Assembly (NCBI GenBank): GCA_034678305.1
Contig: JAXDCA010000066.1
Coordinates: 8,077 to 72,076 of the forward strand
Direction: 5' to 3'
Length of the DNA stretch: 64,000 bases
Origin: Bellilinea sp.
Lineage (GTDB): Bacteria; Chloroflexota; Anaerolineae; Anaerolineales; Anaerolineaceae
The position numbers and the translations under genes were made by a program. The notes beneath the pieces were generated by a model, which had not been told where the DNA came from, made no database searches, and saw only the letters and a program-made list of their open reading frames with translations. Positions 1-9,003 of this stretch are shown here, piece after piece; position 1 is the stretch's first letter; every line of letters starts with the position of its first letter.

Positions 1-238
1 AAAAGGCCGGGTCGCCAGTACAGAGTGAAAAACGCACCGTGTACTTGTCGATGGCTTCGATAGCCTTGATGACTCCACCATAATCGCAATCCGGCGCCTG
101 CACACGAAGGTAATCTCCTTCAGTTGAAACCTGCTCGACCTTCAAACTAAGCGGTTGACAGGCGCTGTTGGTAATCATAGAAATCAGAAAGATCAGGATC
201 AGACAAATGATTCTGCTGGAAGGTGTTTTTGGTTGCAT
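1..238 (-). CDS. ABC transporter substrate-binding lipoprotein (peptide/family 5-like), N-terminal part; runs off the window
   Basis: Not in the ORF track. Manual translation from ATG 238: MQPKTPSSRIICLILIFLISMITNSAC (lipobox-like) ...VQAPDCDYGGVIKAIEAIDKYTVRFSLCTGDPAF. Confidence 0.7.
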   Translation of the reverse strand, partial: MQPKTPSSRIICLILIFLISMITNSACQPLSLKVEQVSTEGDYLRVQAPDCDYGGVIKAIEAIDKYTVRFSLCTGDPAF

Positions 239-519
239 ACCATTCTCTTCATGCAATGAGCGTGCCAGACGAGCCCGGCGCGCCAGGGATCATATCCAAC
301 TTCGAGGTACCGCTCCAAATGATTATAAGATATCTGAATCGAAATCGAATTGACAAAAAAGCAAGGTCGCTTCAATAACACATCCGCATGTCAGCATTAG
401 AAAATGATAACGATCAATTGCGGATATTAATGCTTCAAGGTATACTGCCAGGGCAGATAGTCAAGGCAAATCGCTGAAATTCCTTTGCCGACAGCAAATT
501 ACCAAGAGTTTATTAATCA

Positions 520-1071
520 GTGGACATGACATTGCTGGAAAAAGCCCATGATATAGATGTAAAAGCCACGAACCGGCTGCGCATGGATACAAACCAATCC
601 AGGTTCTGGAAGCTGGTTACCTTTGTGGCGCATTCAGGCGACTCCTGGTTTTGGGTTGCGGGGCTGATAATACTTTGGTTTCTCAACTCTACCTACCAAC
701 GCCTTTCTGTATTTCTGATTCTTGCCATCGTTCTGCTGGCAGCCGTTGTGATGGTGATCAAGCTGTTCGTCAGGCGCAGGCGTCCAGACGGCGAATGGGG
801 CGCGGTGTACCGCATCACCGACCCTCATTCCTTCCCCTCCGGTCACGCCGCCCGCGCTGCCATGCTGGCATTATTTGCGATCCAGCTTGGGCCGGTATGG
901 CTGGCTTTCGTTGCGGTCATTTGGGCTGCATCGGTGAGTATTTCTCGGGTGATGACGGGGATGCATTACCTTTCCGACATTCTGGCAGGATTATTACTGG
1001 GAATTGCCAGCGGAGGGATTACGCTGCTTGCCCGTCCCTGGATGGAAACACTGCTTCAATTTTTATTCTAG
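520..1071 (+). CDS. PAP2-family membrane phosphatase
   Basis: KxxxRRxRP, SFPSGH and SRVxxGMHYLSD motifs; hydrophobic helices. Confidence 0.9.
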   Translation: MDMTLLEKAHDIDVKATNRLRMDTNQSRFWKLVTFVAHSGDSWFWVAGLIILWFLNSTYQRLSVFLILAIVLLAAVVMVIKLFVRRRRPDGEWGAVYRITDPHSFPSGHAARAAMLALFAIQLGPVWLAFVAVIWAASVSISRVMTGMHYLSDILAGLLLGIASGGITLLARPWMETLLQFLF

Positions 1072-1171
1072 ATAATCGACCAGACTGGCAAGGAAAACAT
1101 AATTTTATCTGTCCTTGAACTGGCTTGATAAAATCGATCAGGAAGCATAAACGCCAGGGCTGTCTTTCCAA

Positions 1172-1200
1172 TTGACGAATAACCCTGGTTCGAGTATGCT
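1172..1200 (+). promoter_or_regulatory. sigma70-type promoter of tRNA-Sec
   Basis: TTGACG-17 bp-TATGCT ending 7 nt before the tRNA 5' end. Confidence 0.6.
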
Positions 1201-1207
1201 TAATGTT

Positions 1208-1301
1208 GGGAGTGGATGAGTCCCGGTGGGCTCCCCGGTCTTCAAAACCGGTGGTGGGTCGCGTTGCGGGCCGCGGTGGGTTCGACTCCCATCCATTCCC
1301 G
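1208..1301 (+). tRNA. selC: tRNA-Sec (anticodon UCA)
   Basis: 8-bp acceptor GGGAGTGG/CCATTCCC, 6-bp D-stem with 4-nt loop, anticodon arm CCGGT-CTTCAAA-ACCGG, long variable arm, 5-bp T-stem with TTCGACT loop, G discriminator; CCA not fully encoded. Confidence 0.93.
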
Positions 1302-1341
1302 CCTGAATATCGGTATGTTTTTTTAAATAAAAAGGACGCAC

Positions 1342-2547
1342 ATGGAGATCACATCCGAGCAACTGGACGCGTTAGTTAAGCGCGTTTTTTGTATAGAAGA
1401 CACCACCCTGGGAACTGAAAAAAGCGGTTTTATCGTCCGTTATCACGGGCGGCTGGTCATCGAAGATTCCGCACAAGCCTACGACCGCCTGGCTGAATCC
1501 CTAGAGCCATACAATTTAACCCCGCTTTTCCGCATCGAGGACGGGCGCCAGACAGTATTAATTTTGCCCGGACGAGCTTCCACGCGGCCCTCCAATCCGC
1601 GTGTCAATCTGCTTTTGTTCATCCTGACCCTTCTCAGTGTATTGTTCACGGGCGGCGCTTTGAGCATCGAAGGAGAGCTTCCAAAAGGGGTGCTCCAGGT
1701 TATTCTCCTGTTTCTCAAAGAGGGTTGGCCTTTCGCCGTCAGCATGCTTGGCATCCTGGCTGCTCACGAATTCGGACACTACTTCGTCGGACGGCTGCAC
1801 GGCGTGAACGTCACTCTGCCCTATTTTCTGCCATTACCTTTTCCCATCAGTCCATTTGGCACGATGGGCGCGTTTATCAACATGAAGAGCGTGCCGAAGA
1901 ACCGGCGTCAACTGCTCGATATCGGTCTGGCTGGACCTGTTGCTGGTATGATCGTGGCCATTCCAGTCTTACTGATCGGGCTATCCCTCTCAAAATTGAG
2001 CATGCTACCCGCTGGACCAGCCGCCAATGGGCTTCCACAATTGCAAATGGAAGGCAATTCGATCCTCTATTTGCTGGCCAAATATACAATCTTTGGGCAG
2101 CTGCTGCCCGCTCCTGCTGACTATCATACCCTTTCCCCGCTGTTGTATTGGGTCCGTTATTTCTTCACCAGCCGTCCGCTGCCCTATGGCGCGCTGGATG
2201 TATCCATGCATCCTGTCGCCTGGGCTGGCTGGGGCGGCATGTTGATCACAGCTCTTAACCTGATCCCCGCCGGTCAGTTGGACGGCGGTCACATGATCTA
2301 TGTGCTGCTCGGCAGGAGAAACAGCCAGCGGCTTTTTTATTTCATCCTGGCTGCCATGCTGCTGTTGGGCCTGGTCTGGAAAGGCTGGTGGCTCTGGGCA
2401 TTTTTAATCTTCCTGCTCGGCAGGATTTATGCTGAGCCGCTCGATCAAATCACCAAACTGGATAACCGCCGGAAAATCCTCGCGATCGGGGCTTTGATTT
2501 TATTCATCCTGGTATTCACGCCAGTTCCATTGATCAATATCCCATAG
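1342..2547 (+). CDS. Site-2 protease (M50) intramembrane metalloprotease
   Basis: HEFGH, AGP and NLIPAGQLDGG motifs; multiple TM helices. Confidence 0.92.
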   Translation: MEITSEQLDALVKRVFCIEDTTLGTEKSGFIVRYHGRLVIEDSAQAYDRLAESLEPYNLTPLFRIEDGRQTVLILPGRASTRPSNPRVNLLLFILTLLSVLFTGGALSIEGELPKGVLQVILLFLKEGWPFAVSMLGILAAHEFGHYFVGRLHGVNVTLPYFLPLPFPISPFGTMGAFINMKSVPKNRRQLLDIGLAGPVAGMIVAIPVLLIGLSLSKLSMLPAGPAANGLPQLQMEGNSILYLLAKYTIFGQLLPAPADYHTLSPLLYWVRYFFTSRPLPYGALDVSMHPVAWAGWGGMLITALNLIPAGQLDGGHMIYVLLGRRNSQRLFYFILAAMLLLGLVWKGWWLWAFLIFLLGRIYAEPLDQITKLDNRRKILAIGALILFILVFTPVPLINIP

Positions 2548-2644
2548 TTTTTATTTAAGAAGCCGCAGGTCGGGTCTGCAATCCTACACGAAAATAAGAA
2601 TGTCGGGAAAAAATCCCGATCTACAATTTACCTTCGTTTAATAT

Positions 2645-3751
2645 TCAAGAACAGTTTACGGTGATGATTTCCTTCCCCTCCGTCGTCCAATATCTGCCGA
2701 GCGCGCTGACTGCCAGGCACACATGCGCTGGAACCACTCCTACCAGCCCTCCAATTGCGATCGATCCGCTGTACTTCTGAGGAAGGTGCATGATGCCGTG
2801 CTCCTGAGAAAGGCGCGCCATGTAAGCACCTTCTAGAGGCGTTCCCCACCCCTCCGGTCCGAGCGGAACGATATACCCATGCTTTACCTTACCGTCTTCG
2901 AGAAAATAATCCTTCGAGAGGTGCACCGCTCCGCCATAGATCAGTACTTCTTCGCGCTCAGGGTGCAGCGCCACCACCGGGCAAGCCACCACCGAGGCGA
3001 CCTGATCGAACCGGCAGACTCCCAATTTCAACATCATTGAGTCGAAAAAGACAAAATTGCCAGGACGGATTTCATCCACCGCCCCCAGAGATTCACATAA
3101 GCTGCAGCCGGGCGTGTCGCCGACGGATACTTCCATATGTCCGCCTCCAGCCGATTCCAGGGCTGCTCTCAACTCGAGCATACGCTGAACGCTTGCTTGA
3201 TAGCGCTGGCAGATTTCCTCAATGGATGCTGCTGAATAGGTGTTACCGGCATGGGTCAGCAGACCTCGTATTGTGAGCCTGGCAAAATGCGAGGCTGCGC
3301 GCAATATCTCGAGCGTCCGCTCGCCATCCCGCCAGTCGATACCCGTCCGCCCGTTGCCCGAATCGATCTTGATCCAGATATCCAACGGATGCGCGATTTT
3401 CTTGCCGAGTATTTCTACAGACTGTATCGATTCAACCAGAACGCTGAGATGGATCCGCGCCGCCAGGGAGGCGACCACATCCAACTGGCGAAGATTAATC
3501 GGAAAAGCGACCAGGATGTCATCCCAACCGTGATTGGCAAAATAGACGGCCATCTCCAGCGATGAAACCGTGATCGCCCTGACTCCATAGGAACGGAACC
3601 ACTCGCCCACAGCAGCGGATTGGTGGGTTTTAAAATGCGGCCTGAAGCGGATCCCTTGACCGCTTGCTTTAATAGACATGCGAGAAATATTATCTTGAAC
3701 TTTTTCACGGTCCACAATCATGGTCGGCGTAACGATGCTGTCTAAATTCAT
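2645..3751 (-). CDS. PLP-dependent fold-III enzyme, DSD1/D-threonine aldolase-like
   Basis: RPHFKTH (PLP Lys), GRTG, EIRPGNF, SQEHG and PAHVC motifs; start moved to ATG 3751 (AAGGTGGA SD). Confidence 0.85.
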   Translation of the reverse strand: MNLDSIVTPTMIVDREKVQDNISRMSIKASGQGIRFRPHFKTHQSAAVGEWFRSYGVRAITVSSLEMAVYFANHGWDDILVAFPINLRQLDVVASLAARIHLSVLVESIQSVEILGKKIAHPLDIWIKIDSGNGRTGIDWRDGERTLEILRAASHFARLTIRGLLTHAGNTYSAASIEEICQRYQASVQRMLELRAALESAGGGHMEVSVGDTPGCSLCESLGAVDEIRPGNFVFFDSMMLKLGVCRFDQVASVVACPVVALHPEREEVLIYGGAVHLSKDYFLEDGKVKHGYIVPLGPEGWGTPLEGAYMARLSQEHGIMHLPQKYSGSIAIGGLVGVVPAHVCLAVSALGRYWTTEGKEIITVNCS

Positions 3752-3793
3752 TGATTCCACCTTGCGTAAGATGATTTTAAGTATAATACGGAT

Positions 3794-5518
3794 ATGGATA
3801 ATCAAGAACTCGCAGCTGTATTCACAAAAATCGCGGATTTAATGGATATCAAGGGGGAGAATATTTATAAGATCCTTGCTTACCGGCGTGTGGCTGATAA
3901 TCTGCGCATCTCCGCGGAAGAAGCCATGGTTCTTCACGCAGAAGACAAGTTGAGCAGCATCCCGGGAGTCGGCAAAGCCATCGCCGAGAAGATTGCTGAA
4001 TTGCTCGACACCGGCCGCCTGGAATTCCTCGACCGGCTCGAAGAAGAAGTGCCGCCCACGCTGCTGGAATTACTCGAAGTGCCAGACCTGGGCCCGAAGA
4101 AAGCTGCCTTGTTTTGGAAACAGGCTGGAATCACCAACCTGTCCGAACTCGAAGCAGCCGCTCGGGAGGGTCGATTGCGCAGCCTGCCAGGCATGGGCGA
4201 GAAATCAGAACAACGCATTGTCGACGGCATCCATGCGCTGCGCCGGCGTTCGAATAGGATGATGCTAGGTGTTGCCCGTCCAATCGGGCTGCGCTGGCTG
4301 AGCTGGCTCAGAGGGCTGCCAGGAGTGCAGCAGGCCGAATTTGCTGGAAGTTTACGCCGCTGGCGCTCAACCATTGGAGATCTCGACCTGGTAGCAGCCT
4401 CTACGAAACCAGCAGCTGTGATGCAGGCATTCGTCAGCCATCCCGAGGTTCACCGGGTACTCGCCCAGGGCGAAAGTAAATCCAGCATCGAGTTGAGCAA
4501 TGGTCTTAACATCCAACTCTGGATCCAACCACCAGACGCCTTCGGCAGCCTGCTGCAGTTCGTCACAGGATCCAAAGATCACAATGTGCGTTTGCGCGAA
4601 CTTGCCCAGCGCAACGGTTTATCTTTATCAGAACGCGGTATAACCGATCAAAACGATCATCTGCAGTTATTTGCCAGCGAGGATGAGATCTATGCCGCTC
4701 TTGGCCTGCCGTGGATACCGCCCGAGCTGCGCGAGGACCGCGGCGAAATTCAAGCAGCCCTGGCTGGCAAGCTGCCTGTGCTGCCGGTCTTATCCGATAT
4801 CACTGCTGAGCTGCACAGCCACTCCACCTGGAGCGACGGCGCCTTCAGCATTGCCGATATGGTCCAGGCTGCCCGCCAGCGCGGCCTGAAAATGTTGGCG
4901 ATCACCGACCATACCAGCTCGCTTGGCATCACGAATGGTTTGACAGTGGAACGTCTGCGCGCTCAACGCAAAGAAATCGATACTTTACAGGCTAAAATTG
5001 GCCGTGAATTAACCATACTCCAGGGCGCCGAAGTGGAAATCAAAGCGGATGGCAGCCTGGATTTTCCAGACGAAGTGCTTGCAGAACTAGATGTGGTCAT
5101 TGCTTCGCTGCACGTTAGCTTGCGCCAGCCTCGCGAGATCATCACCGCACGGTTGATTAAAGCCATGCACAATCCCCATGTGGACATCATCGGGCATCTC
5201 AGCGGGCGGCTGCTGCCAAACCGTGAAGGCGCCGATCTGGATATGGAGGCCGTCCTGGCAGCCGCAAAAGAGACCAATGTCTGCCTGGAAATCAATGCCA
5301 ATCCGAGCCGCCTGGATTTAGATGAGATTTACTCGCGCCGCGCTGCCGACGAAGGGATATTACTCTCCATCAATACCGATGCCCATACTCAGTCTGACCT
5401 GGATTTGTTGGAATACGGTATTTCAGTCGCCCGACGCGCATGGGTACCGCCAGCCAGTATTCTGAATGCGCGCGCCCCTGCCGAAATTCGCGCCTGGCTG
5501 GCTTCACGCGCCGCTTGA
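3794..5518 (+). CDS. polX: DNA polymerase X / PHP 3'-5' exonuclease
   Basis: HhH motifs (IPGVG, LPGMG), GSLRR, GDLD, TGSKDHN; PHP motifs HSHSTWSDG, TDH, NTDAH. Confidence 0.95.
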   Translation: MDNQELAAVFTKIADLMDIKGENIYKILAYRRVADNLRISAEEAMVLHAEDKLSSIPGVGKAIAEKIAELLDTGRLEFLDRLEEEVPPTLLELLEVPDLGPKKAALFWKQAGITNLSELEAAAREGRLRSLPGMGEKSEQRIVDGIHALRRRSNRMMLGVARPIGLRWLSWLRGLPGVQQAEFAGSLRRWRSTIGDLDLVAASTKPAAVMQAFVSHPEVHRVLAQGESKSSIELSNGLNIQLWIQPPDAFGSLLQFVTGSKDHNVRLRELAQRNGLSLSERGITDQNDHLQLFASEDEIYAALGLPWIPPELREDRGEIQAALAGKLPVLPVLSDITAELHSHSTWSDGAFSIADMVQAARQRGLKMLAITDHTSSLGITNGLTVERLRAQRKEIDTLQAKIGRELTILQGAEVEIKADGSLDFPDEVLAELDVVIASLHVSLRQPREIITARLIKAMHNPHVDIIGHLSGRLLPNREGADLDMEAVLAAAKETNVCLEINANPSRLDLDEIYSRRAADEGILLSINTDAHTQSDLDLLEYGISVARRAWVPPASILNARAPAEIRAWLASRAA

Positions 5519-5551
5519 ATTGCATATGGGTTCTGTCTCGTTTAGTGTGAA

Positions 5552-7912
5552 TCAGGGAGCTGGCAGCGGCGAGCTGTAAATCTGGCTGCCGAAGGCGACT
5601 ACCAGGTTGCGCCCGCTGGTCACCACAAATCCTGTTGGCGCTGTTTGGGGAGTTTCTCTGCTGCCGGGGGAAGGTCTTAGTTGCGAGACAAAATTCATAA
5701 CCAATGAAAATTGATAAATCGCAGGTCCGCTCGAATCCAGAAAATATACAGACGGCTCGGGCGGCTGGGTCATTTGCATGCGCTCAAAATGCGCCACGGG
5801 AGTGACAACCTCTTGCGAAGCTTGATTCAATCCGGTAATCTGAAACGGATATGGATCTTTGCAACGGGTTGGGGTCGTTTCTATATTGCTGTAAGTGCAT
5901 TGGATCATATGTCCGTCCTGATTGAGGACATACAATTCGTCGCGATTCTGGAATAGATCGATCCCCGCGGTTAAATTTGGTACATCGCTGTCGAAGAAAA
6001 ACCGCGGCGGATTTAAATACTCGGCGTTGAAGCCCTCGTAACGCCATACTGCGTTCGATCCTGTGTCCAGAACAAGCATGCTGCTGTTGTCGACAGAAAT
6101 TGCTTTGATGGTGAGCCACCCCGCATCCGGCGGCGGCAGGGTGCTTGCAATGGTATTCCCTGGATTCGTCGAGCAGTACAGGATATTGCCAAACTCGTCC
6201 ACGCCGATCACCGCGGCATTGAAGTTATTGCCAACCGGTGCAGCGGCAATATCCACTAGCGTACCGATGATCAATCCACCGATAACGCCCGGACCGCAAA
6301 CGAATTGGTTATCTACCTCGTATCCTGGGCGGGTGTAGACCAGGCGGAATACCCGCCCGCTGTTTGCATCCAGCAAAAAAAGGTCTTCAGCCGGCGAAGA
6401 AATCATCCGAGTGATGCGTACATTGGTGTCGAAACCTCCGGGCAGCGCAAGTTCCAGCTTCACACGCCGAACGCCGTCCAGTGAATCCAGCGCTGATTGC
6501 GCCTGCTCCTTCAACACGGTCGATTCCTCAGAAACGCCGTAAGTTTCTGCTTTGGTGATCCACTCCAAGGCCGCATCCATATTCACCCGCTTCAGGGTCA
6601 GGTCGCTTTGGACGTTCGCTTGTTCAAGCAAGGTTTGCGCCTGGACCAGATAGGCGCGGTGCTGCTCATTACGCCCACTGCGGATATAAGCCGTGCTGGC
6701 AGCTGCCACGATCACCAAAGGGACTGCAATCGCAATGAAGACCATCAGGGCTGGAGACAGGGCGGGAAGTTTATCGGCCTGTCCTGGCAGCAGCCGCGGA
6801 AGGAAACGCCGCAGGAAAGCAGAGGTCTTCTCACGCATACTGCGCCCGCCGCTCAATGCCGCCGATACAGTCCGCCGGGCGCGGCGCTCGGCTTGCTGGC
6901 GTCTGGCGCTGCGAATGAGATCAGCTTCATCCATTTGTTGAGGCAATTCGACTCGAGCGGGTTCGGTTTCCCAGGGCGCCTGCTCTTCTTCGACCTGCAA
7001 CTTCTCGCTTTCTAAGTGCGGAGGAAAGCCGGGGGGTTCTTCGATTGAAACAGGCGGCGGTGGGCTGGTTTCCGCATGAGTTGGCGGCGGCATTTCGACA
7101 ATGGGCTCCATAATTTGAGCTGTTGGTACGTTTGCAGGTTCGGGAGGGATCTCCGGTGAAATTTCTTCGACCGTAGCTGTTTCACCTGGCTCGGCTTCTG
7201 GCTGAATTACAGGCGGCGCTTCAACCGGGATTAATGGCGCAGTTTGGATGATGCCTTTGCCGCGGTTCAAGCGCAACATGATGAAACGTAAATCACGCGG
7301 GTCTTCGATTAATAAACGGCGGCGTATCTGGTCAAGATTGAGTTGCGGGCTGCCCGCCAGGTTTTTGGCGTTCCAACTGGATGCCGGTTTTGCGGACAGT
7401 AATACCATATCGCCTGGTTGTACCTCTCCGCGAAAATAGCGAACATATACCGCTTTACTTATCCCTAATCCGCGAACCATGCCAGTGCTGTCCCTGAATT
7501 GCTCGACTGCTTTGTTGGCCAGCAGAAAAGCAGAGGTTGGCCCAGCGTGCGCGAAATATACCATGCTGCCGTGCAGTGCAACCGCATTGAATATGCCTAA
7601 GATTGGCGATCCTTTACCTTGCAACCGCACATTCCGCGCCAGCAGGCGGTCGTTTAACTGCTCGACAATGATCTTGAGAGCGTTGGTGACGGTACCCCTG
7701 GTCTTGTAATAAACGCCAGCCATCTTTTCCAGCATCTCCTGCTGGATCTCAGCCGGCAGCGTACCACCCTCGAGGGTGAGCAGCATGACCAGTTGATCCT
7801 TTTCACGCCCCCGCGCAGCGTGATGCGGAGGAACTGCGGTGAATAACCCCGTAAAACCGGTTTCCTCTTTCCCGGCAGTTTTTTGATATGTAAGGATTTG
7901 GATATCAAACAC
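5552..7912 (-). CDS. Hypothetical bitopic membrane protein: PP2C-like N-domain, Pro/Glu-rich linker, TM helix, beta-propeller-like C-terminus
   Basis: 786-aa ORF; AHAGPT..RGLG..GDMVLL resemble PP2C motifs; one hydrophobic helix; NHL-like strands (LFLLD, MLVLD, LYVLN, VYFLD). Confidence 0.6.
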   Translation of the reverse strand: MFDIQILTYQKTAGKEETGFTGLFTAVPPHHAARGREKDQLVMLLTLEGGTLPAEIQQEMLEKMAGVYYKTRGTVTNALKIIVEQLNDRLLARNVRLQGKGSPILGIFNAVALHGSMVYFAHAGPTSAFLLANKAVEQFRDSTGMVRGLGISKAVYVRYFRGEVQPGDMVLLSAKPASSWNAKNLAGSPQLNLDQIRRRLLIEDPRDLRFIMLRLNRGKGIIQTAPLIPVEAPPVIQPEAEPGETATVEEISPEIPPEPANVPTAQIMEPIVEMPPPTHAETSPPPPVSIEEPPGFPPHLESEKLQVEEEQAPWETEPARVELPQQMDEADLIRSARRQQAERRARRTVSAALSGGRSMREKTSAFLRRFLPRLLPGQADKLPALSPALMVFIAIAVPLVIVAAASTAYIRSGRNEQHRAYLVQAQTLLEQANVQSDLTLKRVNMDAALEWITKAETYGVSEESTVLKEQAQSALDSLDGVRRVKLELALPGGFDTNVRITRMISSPAEDLFLLDANSGRVFRLVYTRPGYEVDNQFVCGPGVIGGLIIGTLVDIAAAPVGNNFNAAVIGVDEFGNILYCSTNPGNTIASTLPPPDAGWLTIKAISVDNSSMLVLDTGSNAVWRYEGFNAEYLNPPRFFFDSDVPNLTAGIDLFQNRDELYVLNQDGHMIQCTYSNIETTPTRCKDPYPFQITGLNQASQEVVTPVAHFERMQMTQPPEPSVYFLDSSGPAIYQFSLVMNFVSQLRPSPGSRETPQTAPTGFVVTSGRNLVVAFGSQIYSSPLPAP

Positions 7913-8015
7913 TGACTTTCAGCTCTTGTCCGCGGCTATATTAAATGATTACCCACAGGCTAATTATACCCTTCCTGCTAAGTGCAATTGTTATTCCAGG
8001 GGGAATAATTCAACA

Positions 8016-8972
8016 TCAATCCCGTTTCGCGGTCGAAAGGATGCGCGTCATCATAGCTGGGTCTTCGTTCAGCAACCCGGCTTTTGGCAGCCGCTGCAGT
8101 AACAACGCCCAGTCCGGATTGCGAGCAAAGACAGCACGGAAAAGCGGCAGCGATTCTTTCACCTGACCCATGTCCGCCAGGGTAACCGCATGCCAGAAGG
8201 GCAGCTCATCCATCTCTGGCGCCATACTCGCGGCGGTTCGATATGCTTGCATCGCTGCCGGGACATCGCCTTTGCCAAGGAATGCATCGCCCTGATTCAT
8301 CAACGTATAAGCGCGCTGGATATTAACCAAACGGCGAAGTTCAGCCAAAGGCTGCGGGTGATCCTCGACGCGTAAATCCATAATCACATCGTCGTCGATC
8401 TTACCGGTTGCTTTCCCACGCACAATCAATATCGAAGCGCTCTGCTGCCCGCGGATATCACCGCCGCAGGCTTGCGCCGCATCCATCGCTGCCAGCATCC
8501 TATCCGTCAGGTCGCCCGAGGTTTCGCGGTAAGCTTTAGCCATCGCTGGCCAGACTGAGGCATGCTTCATCATATTAGCCTGCACCGAAAATCCCTCACC
8601 GCTCTCATGGCCAGCTTCAGCGATGCAGCGTCCGCCGCTGTGCGTACTTACCCGGTTCGCTGCATCGATGAAAGCGATTTGACGCAGGTCTCTACTTTCA
8701 TCAGCCTGGAGAAGCGCGCTCAACGCCGCTGGCGCTGGGACACCCGCGCGCATCAAAGCTAATCCCTTAGGTCCATAGCTTACCTCGACCATCGACTGCG
8801 TGGCGACCACTCCCACCCCGGCTTCACCCCATGCTACCACCGAGCCAACCGAGAACCAGTGCGATTGCACTGCCACGCCCATATCTCCAGTTTCTTGATC
8901 GCGCGCAGCGATCGAAAAGGTGTGCGCCAACGGGAAGCGGTTTCCGAGTTTTTGTCCAGTCTGCTTCTTCAT
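8016..8972 (-). CDS. DUF1028-family Ntn-hydrolase with C-terminal TPR-like region
   Basis: TFSIAARD, GVAVQSH, ATQS, GGDIRGQQSA and DLRVEDH motifs. Confidence 0.88.
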   Translation of the reverse strand: MKKQTGQKLGNRFPLAHTFSIAARDQETGDMGVAVQSHWFSVGSVVAWGEAGVGVVATQSMVEVSYGPKGLALMRAGVPAPAALSALLQADESRDLRQIAFIDAANRVSTHSGGRCIAEAGHESGEGFSVQANMMKHASVWPAMAKAYRETSGDLTDRMLAAMDAAQACGGDIRGQQSASILIVRGKATGKIDDDVIMDLRVEDHPQPLAELRRLVNIQRAYTLMNQGDAFLGKGDVPAAMQAYRTAASMAPEMDELPFWHAVTLADMGQVKESLPLFRAVFARNPDWALLLQRLPKAGLLNEDPAMMTRILSTAKRD

Positions 8973-9003
8973 CGCAACCTCTCCTCATTTTTTGGGCGAT
9001 TTC

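Noticed and set aside
401-419. Fur-box-like GAAAATGATAACGATCAAT
   Set aside because: Only about 13/19 matches in AT-rich DNA, with no iron-related gene evident.
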